A stretch of DNA of 62,361 bases, counting the filler, from Candidatus Tectimicrobiota bacterium (GTDB lineage Bacteria > JACPSX01): the NCBI GenBank assembly GCA_016193065.1. It is 7 parts of 7 records of this genome, joined end to end, with 100 filler letters (N's around TTAATTAATTAA, not from the genome) between each part and the next. Parts side by side here need not be neighbours in the genome. Positions count along the whole stretch, not along the records: positions 56,415 to 62,361 come from JACPSX010000182.1; 6 more parts are not named here. One strand, given 5' to 3'. Below the pieces are notes generated by a model. The model saw nothing but the letters and a program-made list of their open reading frames with translations, was not told the DNA's origin and did no database searches. A program made the translations under genes and the position numbers. This document shows, in pieces, positions 60,339 through 62,361 of the stretch (position 1 is its first letter; each line of letters starts with the position of its first letter).

Positions 60339-60782
60339 ATGACGAAGGCGGATCGTTGGATCGGGCTGTTCCTGGTCCTCTTTTCCCTCTATGTCTGCCT
60401 GGAAAGCCTGAAGCTGGGGCTCGGGACCTATCACAGACCGGGCTCCGGCTTTTTCTCGTTTTACGGGGCTCTGGTCCTGGGCCTCCTGGCCCTGGCGCTG
60501 ACCGTCCTCTCCTGGCGCCGGGAGACGGAAAAAGGGGGAGCCTGGGGAAGCTGGGACAAGATTCTTCTGGTGATCCTGGCCCTGTTTGGATTCACGCTGC
60601 TCTTGGAGTGGCTGGGGTTCCTGCCGACCACCTTTCTTTTTATCGGGGTCCTGCTTAGGATCATCGAGCGGCGAAGCTGGATTTTCTCCCTGAGTGCGGC
60701 TCTGCTGATTACGGCAGCTTCGTATGTTGTCTTCGACCTCTGGCTCAAGGCCCAACTCCCGGCCGGGATCCTGGGAAAATAG
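60339..60782 (+). CDS. tctB: TctB small membrane subunit
   Basis: Four TM segments, PGSGFF, LGF, LPAG. Confidence 0.88.
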   Translation: MTKADRWIGLFLVLFSLYVCLESLKLGLGTYHRPGSGFFSFYGALVLGLLALALTVLSWRRETEKGGAWGSWDKILLVILALFGFTLLLEWLGFLPTTFLFIGVLLRIIERRSWIFSLSAALLITAASYVVFDLWLKAQLPAGILGK

Positions 60783-60790
60783 GGAAGAGA

Positions 60791-62284
60791 TTGGACGAGT
60801 TACAGAGCATACTCTACGGGTTCACGGTAGCTCTCACCTGGAAGAACCTGGCCTTTGCCTTTGCGGGCGTGCTGTTGGGGACCCTGGTCGGCGTTCTGCC
60901 CGGGATTGGACCGGCCGCCGCCATCTCTCTTCTTCTCCCGTCCACATTCCATGCGGATCCCATCTCCTCCATGATCATGCTGTGCGGCCTCTACTACGGC
61001 ACCATGTACGGCGGCTCCACGACTTCCATTCTGGTGAACATCCCGGGAGAGGCGGCCTCCATTGTGACCTGTTTCGACGGCTACCAGATGGCTCGCCAGG
61101 GCAGGGCGGGGGCGGCCCTGGGAATCGCCGCGTTCGGATCCTTCTTTGCGGGGACCATCTCGGTGGTAGGACTCATGTTCCTGGCGCCGACCTTGGCCTC
61201 CTTCGCCTTGAAGTTCGGCTCTCCCGAGTATTTCTCTCTGATGGTGATGTCCATGACCCTGGTGACCTATCTGTCCCAGCGCTCGCTGCTCAAGGGGATG
61301 ATGATGGCGGCGCTGGGTCTGATCCTGAGCGTGGTGGGATTGGATCCGGAGACGGCCAAGCTGCGGTTTACCTACAACACTCTGGTTCTCCGGGACGGAC
61401 TGGGGATCGTCCCCGTGGTCATGGGGCTCTTTGGGGTGTCCGAGGTCCTGTTGAACGTCGGGATCGTCATCAATCGGGAAGTTTTTCAGACCAAGATCAA
61501 GGGCTTGTTTCCCAACCGTCAGGACTGGAAGGATTCCACCATGCCGATTGTGCGGGGCTCATTCCTGGGATTCCTGTTGGGAATCATCCCCGGTCTCGGC
61601 ACGATCATCCCCACGTTCATGTCCTACGGCCTGGAAAAACGCTTGTCCAAACATCCGGAGCAGTTCGGGACCGGCAGGATCGAAGGCCTGGCGGGGCCGG
61701 AGTCCTGCAACAACGCCGCGGCCACCGGGAACTTCGTTCCCATGCTTTCCCTGGGGATCCCGGCCAACGCGATCATGGCCATTCTGCTGGGGGCCCTCAC
61801 CATCTACGGCCTGCAGCCCGGTCCGTTGCTGATCAAAGAGAAGCCCGATCTGTTCTGGGGGGTGATCGCCTCCATGTACGTGGGAAACGCCATGCTCCTG
61901 GTTCTGAACCTGCCGCTCATTCCCCTGTGGGTACAGATCCTCAGGGTCCCGTACACGATCCTCTATCCCCTGATTCTGCTGTTCGTCGTCATCGGCGCTT
62001 ACAGCTTGAACAACAATGTGGGGGACGTAATCATCATGTCCATTTTCGGCGTGGTCGGGTTCGCCATGAAGAAGTTCCAATTTGAGCCCGCCCCGCTGGT
62101 CCTGGGTCTGGTCCTGGGACCCATGCTGGAGGATAACTTGCGGCGTTCCTTGCTCATTTCCGGTGGGAGCTTTTCCACATTCTTCATCCGTCCCCTTTCC
62201 GCCGCGTTCTTGGTCGTTTCCCTGGCGATTCTTCTCTTTCCTCTTTTCCGGTTGCGATCCTCTGCCCGGTCCCGGGGGGCCTAA
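60791..62284 (+). CDS. tctA: TctA large membrane subunit
   Basis: GVLPGIG, YGGSTTSILVNIPGE, PESCNNA, LGIP. Confidence 0.95.
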   Translation: MDELQSILYGFTVALTWKNLAFAFAGVLLGTLVGVLPGIGPAAAISLLLPSTFHADPISSMIMLCGLYYGTMYGGSTTSILVNIPGEAASIVTCFDGYQMARQGRAGAALGIAAFGSFFAGTISVVGLMFLAPTLASFALKFGSPEYFSLMVMSMTLVTYLSQRSLLKGMMMAALGLILSVVGLDPETAKLRFTYNTLVLRDGLGIVPVVMGLFGVSEVLLNVGIVINREVFQTKIKGLFPNRQDWKDSTMPIVRGSFLGFLLGIIPGLGTIIPTFMSYGLEKRLSKHPEQFGTGRIEGLAGPESCNNAAATGNFVPMLSLGIPANAIMAILLGALTIYGLQPGPLLIKEKPDLFWGVIASMYVGNAMLLVLNLPLIPLWVQILRVPYTILYPLILLFVVIGAYSLNNNVGDVIIMSIFGVVGFAMKKFQFEPAPLVLGLVLGPMLEDNLRRSLLISGGSFSTFFIRPLSAAFLVVSLAILLFPLFRLRSSARSRGA

Positions 62285-62361
62285 ACAAGAGCGCCGCGCT
62301 TTCTGGAGAACTGATGCATTTTCCCCAGAAAGATAAGAAAAAAGGACCATTTACTTGGGGA

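Noticed and set aside
1-62361. CRISPR array, rRNA or tRNA
   Set aside because: No repeat-spacer periodicity or recognisable stable-RNA signature seen by eye.

Overview
The window is not one locus. It is seven short scaffolds of what looks like a metagenome-assembled, GC-rich diderm bacterium, joined by 100-nt N-TTAATTAATTAA-N spacers, so adjacency across spacers means nothing. (1) Surface-polysaccharide cluster: SGNH hydrolase, Wzy-like protein, three GT4s, asnB, methyltransferase. (2) midA/NDUFAF7-like, glcF-like and nuoB-D-I-G genes, plus DPSL and a rubrerythrin tail. (3) MFS transporter, MetE-like protein, spmAB, yceI, lhr and an HExxH protein. (4) A lower-GC island (ImmA/IrrE-like peptidase, STAS-HATPase + STAS + PIN triad, Phd/RelE pair), then carA-carB-pyrK-pyrD. 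(5) Two-component genes, SAM hydroxide adenosyltransferase, hemerythrin. (6) pssA, tamB, bamA, surA-like, RND adaptor, an unannotated bL37-like microprotein and hppA. (7) A dead Y1 transposase, a TA pair, NUDIX and tctCBA. The best candidate for a new system is the kinase-STAS-PIN triad, whose PIN gene is split at a canonical -1 slippery heptamer. Also notable: a GGGTACCC micro-hairpin family inserted in frame into proteins, a duplicated long rod-like element, and the bL37-like ORF. All calls come from reading motifs by eye; no searches were run.
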